From Eledone cirrhosa (lineage: Eukaryota), in the NCBI GenBank assembly GCA_964016885.1, contig OZ024755.1:39494001-39558000 (forward strand): 64,000 nucleotides of DNA, given 5' to 3'. The notes under the pieces were generated by a model. It did no database searches. It saw nothing but the letters and a program-made list of their open reading frames with translations, and was not told the origin of the DNA. Numbering within the stretch: the stretch's first letter is position 1; each line of letters starts with the position of its first letter. Shown here piece by piece: positions 15,236 through 27,657 of this stretch. A program made the translations under genes and the position numbers.

Positions 15236-15644
15236 TATTGGTGCTCTGAAATAGCGATGTATACATGAATGTATGTATAGTATATTTGTCTATATACTGT
15301 ATGTTTAATTAAAAACATGAAGATTTTGAAGATCATTTGCAATCAGTTTTAAAGTAGTGACTATGAAGAGTGATGGACAGTCTGTTTCTCTCTCGTTAGC
15401 GTTTATTAGAATGACTCACTCCTTTGCTTCTGCTGAGAGTTATAGTTGACTATAGTAAATTATATTCGATAAAATGTTATATTGTTTTAATCCAAATGAA
15501 AATAAAAATTATATGTTTTTAATACCGGGGTCTAATACTATTACCTCGTAAAATTTGATTTGATTTGGTCGAGCTGTTTGAGATGGTGTAAGGAAAAGAC
15601 AGACATACCGACAGAGAGGCAAAGAATTATATATATATATAGAT

Positions 15645-16065
15645 TATGACAGGCCGCTCTTCAGCGCTACAGGTAACATGTAAACCAGTACAACCTGCGC
15701 ACGGTCGGGTCATCGTCGACTAAACCGGCAAATCCACTAAGCCTGCTTGGTGAGGAGGGTGATTTTGGACAAAAAAGGGGGATGAAACAAAACCCGTCCA
15801 AGGGCGGAAGAACTAAGGAGAGTCAACGGTCATCCAATAAATTTTTTTTTTTCTGGGGCGAGAGACTCCTAGTCTTCATTACGACATCTCTCCCAGAGAA
15901 GGTCACTCTGATATAAAACCTGTGACTTCGTTTGCATCCAATGATGTAGACCAGTTCTTCTTTTGGGCCAAATGCATTCGATTTTCAGAGAGTGGGATTG
16001 GCCCTGTGCAAAACCGTTCCTTACTTTAAAAAGCTAAAATCACTGGCACCGCTTCATATGTGACA
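15645..16065 (+). mobile_element. RTE-like LINE 5' UTR fragment
   Basis: Homologous to the minus strand of the 18552-20553 units and to 30990-31318. Contains the gagaagg...actctgatataaaacc motif seen in RTE 5' leaders. Confidence 0.6.
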
Positions 16066-16079
16066 TTTTTTGTGATGCA

Positions 16080-16600
16080 CGACAAAGCTGGTTATAAGAA
16101 GGATACGTAAATCAGAAACTTTAGACATAGTAATTGGCTCAACAAGGTTGAATTAGAGGCCCTGGAAGCTGAAGTACGAAGCCTGAATATTAATATTGTA
16201 GGTAATGTGAATGTGGAAAGTGGGAAACCGAGATGGCAATGAGCAAGAATTAGCCTAGCAAATGTGGGGGTGGGTAGGGGGTGTAAAGTGTAGTGACAGA
16301 TGATGTCAACGTGGAAGGTGTGGAAGGTTTGAATAAAAATGAAAATGAAGAAGAGGAAGAAACAAGATTAATTATCGAAAGATTGAAGGATCTGTTTAAC
16401 GATCCTGAATTTAATAAGACGCCGCTGAATATTTGAAATATAGAGAAATTGATTAGCAAGGGAAACCACCAAAGTACACCATGTAATGATGTTCATATAT
16501 AGAAACTAATGACTTGAGAAAGTTAATTAGCGTTGCGGGGTTTCTGGTGGGTGAGCGATATGATATTAGCTTGGTGAGCGATATGATAAGCTTGGCTAGA
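16080..16600 (+). pseudogene. Possible degenerate N-terminus of an R4/Dong-type LINE ORF
   Basis: IRNFRHSNWLNKVELEALE and ETNDLRKLISVAGFLVGER resemble R4 N-terminal motifs (from recall). Multiple stops. Confidence 0.35.
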
Positions 16601-16689
16601 GAGGAATGTTCATGTGTTCAATCCTTTTAGGCAAGTTTACAATACTGCTTCCTTCGCCATATTTTCCAGAGAGAAAACTTACTCATCTA

Positions 16690-17420
16690 ACTTCTCAAAG
16701 GTAATGGATCAATGATCAGTATTGATACTCCGATAGGCCGATCTGACCTATACATGATAGCAGATGTTCGATACAAGCCCACAACTCTGCAATGCATGAC
16801 ACTAGGTGATAGATTGCAGGACAGTTTGGTCGCCATGTCTACATCTTCGACAGGTCCGGCTGTTGACACTTCAGGGCCTGTAGATCTTCTCTCGAACTTG
16901 AAGTGCCCCTCTGTAGCAAGGACATCAGATGAAAGGCACATTACAAAGACGTTACAGCATTAATGTGGGAGCTTACATAGAAATTAGAAAAAAGGGGTGA
17001 CATATAGACATAGTTATACACATATAGGTGTCATTCAGTCCTCCTTTTATAGAGAGCTGAATATCTAAAGCTAAGTGAGGAACCTCACAGATCCACAATC
17101 ACGTGTGCCTTCTACCAACTGTCGGTGTTCGACGTAAAGGCACATACTAAGGGTAGTGCCACGCATTCTTATTACTTTCACTACTGTCACTCCCAACCAT
17201 CCTTTGGAAACACCACCTCCTTCTCTACACCTTCCTATCCAAATGAATCTTGAAAAAGTCAATGAGGGCTTGGGCACACTCCCACAAATCTGCTATAGAT
17301 CCCTTTAAGCCAAATAGACAGATGTAGATGCTGTACTTCGCAAACCAAGTAACATGCCGCCAACCATATTTGAACTCACAAACATTGAGGCTGTTTTTGA
17401 AAAGCCTAATCGCTGAGCCG
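16690..17420 (-). pseudogene. Possible degenerate APE endonuclease of a LINE
   Basis: Correctly ordered remnants SLNVC, FIWIGRCREGGGV, ISM*AP and NTDH, spread across frameshifts. Confidence 0.3.
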
Positions 17421-17875
17421 TTAGTTCGTACAAAGTAACGAAACACTCATTCATTTCACAGTGTTCTCACAGCTTGAAACTGATATATGTAGATATCTAC
17501 ACTGAATAAGATGGGTTTGAAAGACTGGTTTATTATAAAGTAACTCGGCAATTTCCATTAGGACAACCTTTGATCAACCAGCCGACTTTCTATAGCGTTG
17601 AACACTCCCACATTACTGTGTTCAACTCAGATGACACCCAGAATTATATATAACAGGATATTGCAAGATAAATAGTAATTATTGATTATGAAGATATTCA
17701 CAAAAGTCGTCGACGTCAACGATGACATTTCTAAAAGCTTCAATATCCTACCATGTCAGCACTTCTCTCTATACATCAAAAGTCAAGGGATTACGTGGAG
17801 TAGAATGTCTCCTATTCACATTATGTTGGTAAATATACAAATGAAATAGCTAATATTAATTATACTACTAGACAT

Positions 17876-18005
17876 AAGACCGGCGAATGGGTAAGAAGTT
17901 CTCGTCATAATGATGGGGTCTCGTGTTCAGTCCCAGTGCGTGGCATCAGTCTCGTTTACCATAGACTTGTGAATAAAATTGAGTTGACGGACACTGCTTA
18001 AATAC
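17876..18005 (+). mobile_element. Degenerate tRNA-derived SINE fragment
   Basis: ggtaagaagtt...gttcagtcccagtgcgtggca (B-box-like). Confidence 0.4.
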
Positions 18006-18115
18006 CCAACAGAATCCAATGACAGGCAGATGCAGGAGGTTCGGTAGCGGCATCCACCCCAGGTTTTTCAGAGTGTCCTTCTCTCAATTACACACACCCA
18101 CACACACACATATAT

Positions 18116-18168
<53 letters not shown>

Positions 18169-18551
18169 CATACATATACACATACATATATATATATAAA
18201 TATACATACATACATACATATATATATATATACATACATATATACACACATATATATATATACATACATATATATATACATATATATATATACATATACA
18301 TACATATATACACACATATATACATACATATATACATATATATATATACATATATATATATAGATATACATATACATACATATATATATATATATACATT
18401 TATATATATACATATATATACATACATATATATATACATATATATATATACATATATACATATATATACACATACATATATATATACATACATATATATA
18501 TACATACATATATATATACATAAATATATATATACATACATAAATATATAC

Positions 18552-19134
18552 ATGGTGGCTGCCAACTCGTTTTCGAGTACGGCCACTACTTTATATCCAT
18601 GTAGGAGAACTTTATATCCATGTAGGAGAACCCCTACCAATGCGCTGAACGAGTGACATTTTCGTCCAGCCAGCAACTTGAAAACTCTGGTACAAACATG
18701 TGACGACAAGTGCAGAGAGATCTCCAGATATAAAGCAATGCCTGTGCCGTGAAGCTTTTATAGTGAGCAAAGGCACTGCACAAAGCCAGTCCCACTCTCT
18801 TAACCAAGATGATATTTATCAAAAAGAAGAACAAGTCAACATCATTGGATACATCAGGGTTGCAGATGTTATATCAGAGTTTTCCTTCTCCTAGAATTCT
18901 GCCTTCACAAAGGCTAAGGGGTCATCTCTCCCGGTGATTTTGGATGGCCATTGACTTTTAAGAGCTCCTTTGCCCTTTGACAGGTTTTGTTTTTAGTCCT
19001 GCAGGATGTCCAAAGTCACCCTCCTCACCAAGAAACCTTGGTGGGGTTGCCAGTTTAGTCGCCAACGACCCGACTATGAGACAGGTTGTACTGGGATACA
19101 TGTTACCAGTAGCATCAACTGGTGACCTGACATA
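18552..19134 (-). mobile_element. Non-autonomous RTE-derived bipartite element, copy 1 (internal deletion and 22-bp duplication)
   Basis: Near-identical to 19301-19913, 19941-20553 and 22888-23456. Confidence 0.8.
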
Positions 19135-19197
19135 ATATATATATATACATATATATATACATACATATATATATACTTACATATATATATACATACA

Positions 19198-19237
<40 letters not shown>

Positions 19238-19300
19238 CACACATATATATACACATATATATACACATATATATATATATATATACATACATATATATAT

Positions 19301-19908
19301 ATGGTGGCAGCCAACTCGTTTTCGAGTACGGCCACTACGTTATATCCATGTAGGAGAACCCCTACCGATGCGCTGAACGAGTGTGACTTTTTAGTCTAGC
19401 CAGCGACTTGAAAACTCTGGTAAAAACACTACACTTGTGACAATTATTGACACATAGTGCTGGGCCCATGGTACCATGTGACGACAAGTGCAGAGAGATC
19501 TCCAGATGCAAAGCAATGCCTGTGCCGTGAAGCTTTTATAGTGAGCAAAGGCACTGCACAAAGCCAGTCCCACTCTCTTAACCAAGATGATATTTATCAA
19601 AAAGAAGAACAAGTCAACATCATTAGATACCATCAGGGTTGGAGGTGTTATATCAGAGTTTTCCTTCTCCTAGAATTCTGCCTTGACAAAGGCTAAGGGG
19701 TCATCTCTCCCGGTGATTTTGAATGGCCATTGACACTTAAGAGCTCCTTTACCCTTTGACAGGTTTTGTTTTTAGTCCTGCAGGATGTCCAAAGTCACCC
19801 TACTCACCAAGAAACCTTGGTGGAGTTGCCAGTTTAGTCACCAACGACCCGACCATGGGACAGGTTGTACTGGGATACATGTTACCAGTAGCACCAATTG
19901 GTGACCTG

Positions 19909-19913
<5 letters not shown>
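19301..19913 (-). mobile_element. Non-autonomous RTE-derived bipartite element, copy 2
   Basis: RTE-like 5' UTR joined to a C2H2 zinc-finger C-terminus and 3' UTR, with a microsatellite tail. Confidence 0.8.
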
Positions 19914-19939
<26 letters not shown>

Positions 19940-19940
19940 C

Positions 19941-20553
19941 ATGGTGGCTGCCACCTCGTTTTCGAGTACGGCCACTACTTTATATCCATGTAGGAGAACC
20001 CCTACCGATGCGCTGAACGAGTGTGACTTTCTAGTCCAGCCAGCGACTTGAAAACTCTGGTACAAACACTACACCTGTGACAATTATTGACACATAGTGC
20101 TGGGCCCATGGTACCATGTGACGAGAAGTGCATAGAGATCTCCAGATATAAAGCAATGCCTGTGCCGTGAAGCTTTTATAGTGAGCAAAGGCACTGCACA
20201 AAGCCAGTCCCACTCTCTTAACCGAGATGATATTTACCAAAAAGAAGAACAAGTCAACATCATTGGATACCATCAGGGTTGCAGGTGTTATATCAGAGTT
20301 TTCCTTCTCCTAGAATTCTGCCTTGACAAAGGCTAAGGGGTCATCTCTCCCGGTGATTTTGGATGGCCATTGACTCTTAAGAGCTCCTTTGCCCTTTGAC
20401 AGGTTTTGTTTTTAGTCCTGCAGGATGTCCAAAGTCACCCTCCTCACCAAGAAACCTTAGTGGGGTTGCCAGTTTAGTCGCCAACGACCCGACCATGGGA
20501 CAGGTTGTACTGGAATACATGTTACCAGTAGCACCAAGTGGTGACCTGACATA
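19941..20553 (-). mobile_element. Non-autonomous RTE-derived bipartite element, copy 3
   Basis: 20079-20002 encodes [25 protein letters not shown]. Contains the ctaggagaaggaaaactctgatataac 5' UTR motif. Confidence 0.8.
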
Positions 20554-20970
20554 TACATACATATATATATACATACATATATATATATATACATATATAT
20601 ATATACATATATATACATATATATATATAAATATATATATACATATATATATATACATATATATACACATATATATATACATACATATATATATATACAT
20701 ATATATACACATATATATATACATACATATATATATATCCATATATATACATACATATATATATACATACATACATACATACATATATACATACATATAT
20801 ATATACATACATATATATATACATACATATATATATACATACATACATATATATATACATACATATACATATACATATATATACATATACATATATACAT
20901 ATATATATATATACATATATATATACATATATATATGCATATATATATATACATATATATATACATATAC

Positions 20971-21057
<87 letters not shown>

Positions 21058-21091
21058 TATATATACATATACATGTATATATACATATATA

Positions 21092-21149
<58 letters not shown>

Positions 21150-21152
21150 CAC

Positions 21153-21211
<59 letters not shown>

Positions 21212-21224
21212 CATATATATATAC

Positions 21225-21267
<43 letters not shown>

Positions 21268-21274
21268 CATATAA

Positions 21275-21881
21275 ACAAACATAAATTATTGAGATTCGCA
21301 TTTCGGCCCACGAAATAAGGAAAAACAACCTCCGAGATGTGAGGCAAGTGCTCAATGGTTCAGATGAACCAGAGCTATAACAAACGTTAAAGGCCAAACA
21401 CACTGAGACGATGGTTAAACAATCATTCGCATAGTTAAAAAAAAACTATCAAGTAATTCGGATATTGAAAATTTACCCGGACCCCTGGAAGGTTGGTAAA
21501 ATCCAGTATTTGGGTTTCTGCGGCTCCCAAATCAAGTACCGTCCGCTAACATAAATAATGTCAGGCTTCTGGTAAGATGATTTAACAAGGAAGCCACTTT
21601 CTCAACAGGTTTTAGGTCAATGTTAATACAAGGACTGACTATTGCTGACTCCACGTGGGGATCGGCAAGGAAGGCAGCCCCTATATCAGGCGAATAAATT
21701 CAGTTGTGTATATTTTTGCAAGAATGCAAAAACATCACAAATCGAATAGAGTTCTCAACAGAAGGGTTAAAATTAACATACGCTATTCATCAGTCAATAG
21801 AATCAACTAAAAAATCAAGAAAATTAACTGGTCAATAGCTAGAGTCTGGAGATAATTACAAACATAAATTATCGAGATTCG

Positions 21882-21883
<2 letters not shown>
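21275..21883 (-). mobile_element. Unclassified ~600-bp element with 26-bp terminal direct repeats, inserted in (TA)n
   Basis: acaaacataaattatYgagattcgca at 21275-21300 and 21858-21883. Tail hairpin at 21347-21375. Confidence 0.6.
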
Positions 21884-21949
<66 letters not shown>

Positions 21950-22080
21950 TTGGGAGTTACCAGTTTAGACTAGTATGACCATTGTTCAGCTAAGTACTCA
22001 ATGCTTAGAATAGTAGAGTGTAGGTAACGTAAATAGCTCAGCCGTCGAGCACTAAATATGTATATATATATATATATATA

Positions 22081-22378
22081 TAATATAAGATCAAAAGATG
22101 GTTAAAGGAGTTCAATATATTTTATTATGCGCATTTCAAAAACAAACATCATCAAACAATAATATTTGTGTTTTCATCAGATAAAACAGGAGAACATGAT
22201 ATGAAGGCTAAAAAAACACTTGTTGATAGTGCAGTTTTAAATCAACATAAAATATATTGAACTCCTTTAACCATCTTTTGATCTTATATTATGCATACTC
22301 CAGTCCCACAAACTGTAGAGTGCTTCTTATCCGATATCTGCATTGCTTTATTGTACTACAATAAAACTCACCTCCTAC

Positions 22379-22381
<3 letters not shown>
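22081..22381 (+). mobile_element. Fold-back PLE remnant, family B, with hammerhead at 22120-22186 (-)
   Basis: Inverted arms 22081-22124 and 22248-22291 plus tail. Homolog at 3961-4098. Confidence 0.8.
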
Positions 22382-22425
<44 letters not shown>

Positions 22426-22827
22426 GATGGTTTAACTTTACTTTACACTACTATTTAACAATATTTAACTTTATTTTACACTACTCCGGAGTAACCAAAC
22501 CAACCTGCGCACTTCCTCAAGTGCTCCAGCCTGCATACTGAGGTGTTGGTATACAACCAGCATAAACTCAAAATCTATATATATATATATATATATATAT
22601 ATAGGAGAAAGTAGGAGCCCGACGCCAGAGCTCAAGCCATTTCTACAGCTATTTCTGGACTAATATATATAAGTAGTTCCACAACAGTTAGAACACAATT
22701 TCCAAGAACAGTTTGTTTCACCTCAATTGTTCTCGGAAATGGTGTACCAAACTCGTCCCATGGATTGAGTGCTCTACTACTGCGGATATAACCCACCAGC
22801 GTTCTGCCACTATATATAACAATATAT

Positions 22828-22887
<60 letters not shown>

Positions 22888-22891
<4 letters not shown>

Positions 22892-23452
22892 TGGCTGCCA
22901 ACTCGTTTTCGAGTACGGCCACTACTTTATATCCATGTAGGAGAACCCCTACCGATGCGCAGAACGAATGTGACTTTTTAGTCCAGCCAGCGACTTGAAA
23001 ACTCTGGTACAAAGACTACACTTGTGACCATTATTGACACATAGTGCTGGGCCCATGGTACCATGTGATGACAAGTGCAAAGAGATCTCCAGATATAAAG
23101 CAATGCCTGTGCTGTGAAGCTTTTATAGTGAGCAAAGGCACTGCACAAAGCCAGTCCCACTCTCTTAACCAAGATGATATTTACCAAAAAGAAGAACAAG
23201 TCAACATCATTGGATACCATCAGGGTTGCAGGTGTTATATCAGAGTTTTCCTTCTCCTAGAATTCTGCCTTGACAAAGGCTAAGGGGTCATCTCTCCCAG
23301 TGATTTTGGATGGCTATTGACTCTTAAGAGCTCCCTTGCCCTTTGACAGGTTTTGTTTTTAGTCCTGCAGGATGTCCAAAGTCACCCTCCTCACCAAGAA
23401 ACCTTGGTGGGGTTGCCAGTTTAGTCGCCAACGACCCGACCATGAGACAGGT

Positions 23453-23456
<4 letters not shown>
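22888..23456 (-). mobile_element. Non-autonomous RTE-derived bipartite element, copy 4 (slightly 5'-truncated)
   Basis: Same sequence as copies 1-3, flanked by TA-rich repeats. Confidence 0.8.
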
Positions 23457-23485
<29 letters not shown>

Positions 23486-23558
23486 CAATATATATATATA
23501 ACAATATATATACATAACAATATATATATATATAACAATATATATATATATAACAATA

Positions 23559-24014
23559 TACAATATTAAATAAATGGAAACTATATTTATAAAACCATAT
23601 TTATTTCATTATATATATTACGGGGATATCATATTAACAATATGCTATGCCTTCCTCAGACAAAATACAATATAAACAGTTTTATAGATAAATAGATTCG
23701 ACATACCGTAACAACACCGACTTGCATTTGAAGAGGTTGGACTGCCAATCCAACCTCTTCAAATGCAGGTGTTGTTACGGTATGTCGAATCTATTTATCT
23801 ATAAAACTGTTTATATTGTATTTTTTCTGAGGAAGGCATAGCATATTGTTAATATGATATCCCCGTAATATATATAATGAAATAAATATGGTTTTATAAA
23901 TATAGTTTCCATTTATTTAATATTGTAAATATACTCCAAATATTTGTCGAGTGCTTTTATATCAGTTATAAATATTTACTAGTTGTAACCCAACAATTTT
24001 AAATATAACTTTCC
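23559..24014 (+). mobile_element. Fold-back PLE remnant, family A copy 3
   Basis: ~180-bp inverted arms 23559-23741 and 23749-23927 with a 7-nt loop, then a tail. Hammerhead core reads CTGAGGA...GTAA in both arms. Confidence 0.85.
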
Positions 24015-24182
24015 ATATATAACAATATATATATATATAACAATATATATATATATATCAATATATATATATATATATCAATATATATATATATATATAT
24101 CAATATATATATATATATAACAATATATATATATATATATATAACAATATATATATATATATAACAATATATATATATATAT

Positions 24183-24232
<50 letters not shown>

Positions 24233-24450
24233 CAATATATATATATTTCGTTTCTGAATTTGTTTAGCAAGATTCTTTATCTGAAATCGTGTGTTGAAAC
24301 CGATATTGTTATATTTGGGAGGGTCATGTTGCTAATAAGAAACACACGCACCACTGCTTTCACTTCAATTTATTATATATTTATGAATTTATAAATTTAT
24401 AAATTTCTGGTTGGTTGGTTGGTTCCACAACCAGATAGTTGTTTATATAT

Positions 24451-24493
24451 AGTCATAGTTCTTTCGTCACACTCTGTAACCTCTTCAGTGACT
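24451..24493 (-). ncRNA. Minimal hammerhead in the 3' region of the Neptune-type PLE
   Basis: agtca CTGAAGA g-gttaca-gag-tgtgac GAAA gaac TA tgact. Confidence 0.7.
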
Positions 24494-24693
24494 GGGGATT
24501 CCTTTCTTTGTTTCTGTGCCTCTCCTTTGTTCTGTCCTACGCCATTTTGTTTCTGTGTGTGTGTTGTGTGCTCAGTCTGCGCATGCGCCACATCCGGGTG
24601 TCTGTGTGTGTTTATGTTCATTTATTTATTTGTTTATTTACATGTTACTGGTTGGTTGTTTGTTCAATGTGTGTGTGTGTTTTCATTTTGTCC

Positions 24694-25885
24694 TTAATTG
24701 TAAGTTGTGATGTTGCTGTTCCACTCATATTTTCTATTTAATTTTGGTTGTAATTCTTTTATGTTTATTGCCTCTGTAATTTGTCTAAACATTGCGTCTT
24801 TTCTGTGTGTAGATTCTATTTTTATTTCTATGTTCTCTAATTTACCCTTGTGTTCTATCTTAGCATGTTGGTAGAGTACAGATGATTCTTTATTATCTTG
24901 AAGGTCTCGCCAGTGTTCATTTATCCGTTCCCCTACACTACGAGCTGTCTCACCTATGTACACTATATTTTTGTCTCTACATTGTCCTTCAGTACATCTT
25001 ATGCTATACACTACATTTCTAGTTTTACAGTTAATATGGGGGCTTATTTTACAGGTTATACATTTCTTATCTATACATGAGGGTCTTTGAAAAGGGTATG
25101 TCTTGCTAATAAGTCTTTTTACGGAGGTACCTGGTCTTTCTACTATCTTAATATTGAGTTCATGTTTATTTAGGGCCCTTCTAAATTTGTAAGCTAATTC
25201 ACCTCTAGGGGTTGTATTGATGAACATTAGACTCTGGTATTTATTGCTATCATACCATGAGTTTATTCTATTAGCCTTGTTCCTAGTTCTTTCTATTCTA
25301 TTCCAAAATTTGCTCCTATACTAGGGGCAGGTCCCATTTATGTCATTATTTACCATTTTTTCCCATTTGGTTCTGACTCCTCTATACACTCTGATTTTAT
25401 CTCTCTGATTGTAGCCAGAGAACTGCATACGGTGGATGGAGTTTGCTATTTGCTGGATGATTTCCATTGTGTTTTTCTCTAGTTCCTGACTGTTCTCTAG
25501 TGGGGGTGTCTTAACTACGATGTTTATATCATCTACGTAGCGGGAGTACATTATCAGGGTTAAGGGGTCTTCTAATTGTTCTTTAAGTTTAAGTTTAAGT
25601 CTACTGTCCCACCATACCATGAATAAGTTAGCTATGTCGCCTGCAATGCTAACACCAATGGCTGCTCCTTCCTCTTGGGCATATGTTTTTCCATTAAATT
25701 TGAACATATGTTCCTTAAGGGTTAGTTTTATGCTGGCCCCTACCGCATGTGCAATCATTTTCTTCAGTTCATCGTGGTTTTCGGGTGTCCGTATGGCTCT
25801 GGTCCACCCGTTCCATCTATCTGTGTGGGTTTTCTTGGCCATTGAGGTAATGGTAGGTGGTCTGCCTCTTGCTGGTCTTGTAGGG
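24694..25885 (-). pseudogene. Penelope-like element (Neptune-type) RT / GIY-YIG, 5'-truncated, with one in-frame TAG and an internal deletion
   Basis: RGRPPTITS, YAQEEGAAIG, MYSRYVDD. CIDKKCITC knuckle, NVVYSIRC...VYIGETAR...RINEH, RQITEA, LNRKYEW. ORFs 25321-25920 and 24694-25227 are in the same frame. Confidence 0.88.
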
Positions 25886-26047
25886 CAGTCCGAATTAGTG
25901 TGGTAGAGACGAGTACACATGTTGTTGAGGTGTTTAACTTTGTCAATACTCTGATATGCCCAGTTCCTGGTTGGGTTGTTATTTCACTGAGGAACTGGTA
26001 TCATATGAATTTAAACAAACGAATTTCAGCGTCAAAGGATATCCTCT

Positions 26048-26714
26048 CCTCCCATAGGCCAGTTGTGAGAACATTCCTCAGTCAAAAGTCTATAGAAATT
26101 CGTCCTGAGGCGAGGCAATCTGTAGTGGTTGTTTTTGTTATTGTTAAGTACATCTGAACTCTACCCTTATGCTGGTTAGTGGTGTTGGTGCTGGAGTCAG
26201 CTTAATTCCAGCTGCTGCTGATTTTAGATGGATCTGTGTGTGTGTTGGCATCTATCCTGCCACCATTTCTCGTGGTGGTGGTGGTGTGTGTGTTTGTTGC
26301 CAAGCATATGAAGAAATAAAAGGCAATAAAATGAAGAAAATGAAAATATGATAATATAAGCACATAATTAAACAAAAAAATGATAAAATGGTAGAAGGAA
26401 TAAGATGATAAAAGAATAAAATAAGATAATCAAATAAAATGTGTCTGTGTTATAATCAATCTCAAAGTTAGAAAGATTTGTAAGATCCACTCCTCCCATT
26501 GGTCAGTTGTGAGAACATTCCTCAGTCAAAAGTCTATAGAAATTCTTTCTGAGGTGAGGCTATCTGTCGTGTTTGTTTTTGCTATTGTTACGTGTAGCTG
26601 ACCTCTACCCTTATTATGGTAGTGGTGTTGGTGCTGCGGTCAGCCTATGGCTTGCTGCTGCCGATTTTAGAAGGATCTGTGTGTGTGTGTTGGCATCCAT
26701 CCTGCCACCATTTC
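26048..26714. repeat. Diverged direct duplication of a ~220-bp unit (26048-26269 and 26493-26714)
   Basis: Shared cagttgtgagaacattcctcagtcaaaagtctatagaaattc and ggcatcYatcctgccaccatttc. Confidence 0.8.
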
Positions 26715-27657
26715 ATCCTGCCTTTCTCCCCCCCCCGTCTCTCTCACACTCCATCTCTCACACTATCTCTCACACCTCTTCTTCACATCCAGCCTCTCTC
26801 TGTCCCCCCATCTCTCTCACACTCTATCTCTCACACACTATCTCTCACACCACTTCTTCACATCCAACCCCTCTCTATCCCCCCCCCCACTATCTCTCCA
26901 ACCCTTTCTTCATATCCAGCCTTGCTTCTTCCTTTTCACCCCAATCTCTTTATAAAAAAAGTTTTATTATACTCAATAATTAGATATACTGTCCAGCCAA
27001 GGATACAGTATATAGCTCCTTATTATTTCTACTTTCTTTTTATTTGGTTTCTTTCTTTATTTTTCTTCAATAAAATGTCTTAGGCAGTTATAAATAAACC
27101 AAGTTATTTTGGATCTCACATTTATTGTAAACTTCAACGGATCAAAAATATTCTTGGGCGTTAGTGAAGAACCATATACATATATATTATTTTCGATTTG
27201 TTTGTCTTTACTCAGATCTTTTTTCTGTTTCTCCATTGAGATCCTGTCTCTATTTTGTACTTCTGAAGAAGTGCTTAAACCCAACACGTCGAACTTTCTT
27301 TCCTCTTTCCAATATAAAACGTGAAACTAATAAGACTTGTTTACCTCTGTCGCGTCCTTGAACTATACACACACACACATATATATATATGCGAGAAAAA
27401 CCACAAACCCTCCATGTCAATTCTACTTTTTAAAAGCACAAGAACTGCGAAACCGTTAAAGGAACCAAATAAATATATTTAAAAAAAAAAAGACTGCAGT
27501 TGCATTTTCGATTTCATCTTTTTTCCTTATACTTTCACTCTTGCAGGACACCTCGTTTTTTTTCATTTTGTAAAAAAAAACCAGAGTCTAATGTATGTAT
27601 GTATGTATGTATGTATGTATGTATGTATGTATGTATGTATGTATGTATGTATGTATG

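Noticed and set aside
20455-20520. Canonical HDV-like or twister ribozyme in the RTE leader
   Set aside because: P2-, P4- and CUAA-like pieces are visible, but no P1 3' strand or canonical L3 was found and the twister core is absent. Kept only as an unclassified structured RNA.
26030-26100. Hammerhead in the 220-bp duplicated unit (minus-strand CTGAGGA)
   Set aside because: No stem I complement after the GAAA, and the GAAA region is not shared by the second copy.
27255-27295. Hammerhead at CTGAAGA (27263)
   Set aside because: GAAA is replaced by CAAC and the stems are weak. At most a decayed pLTR.
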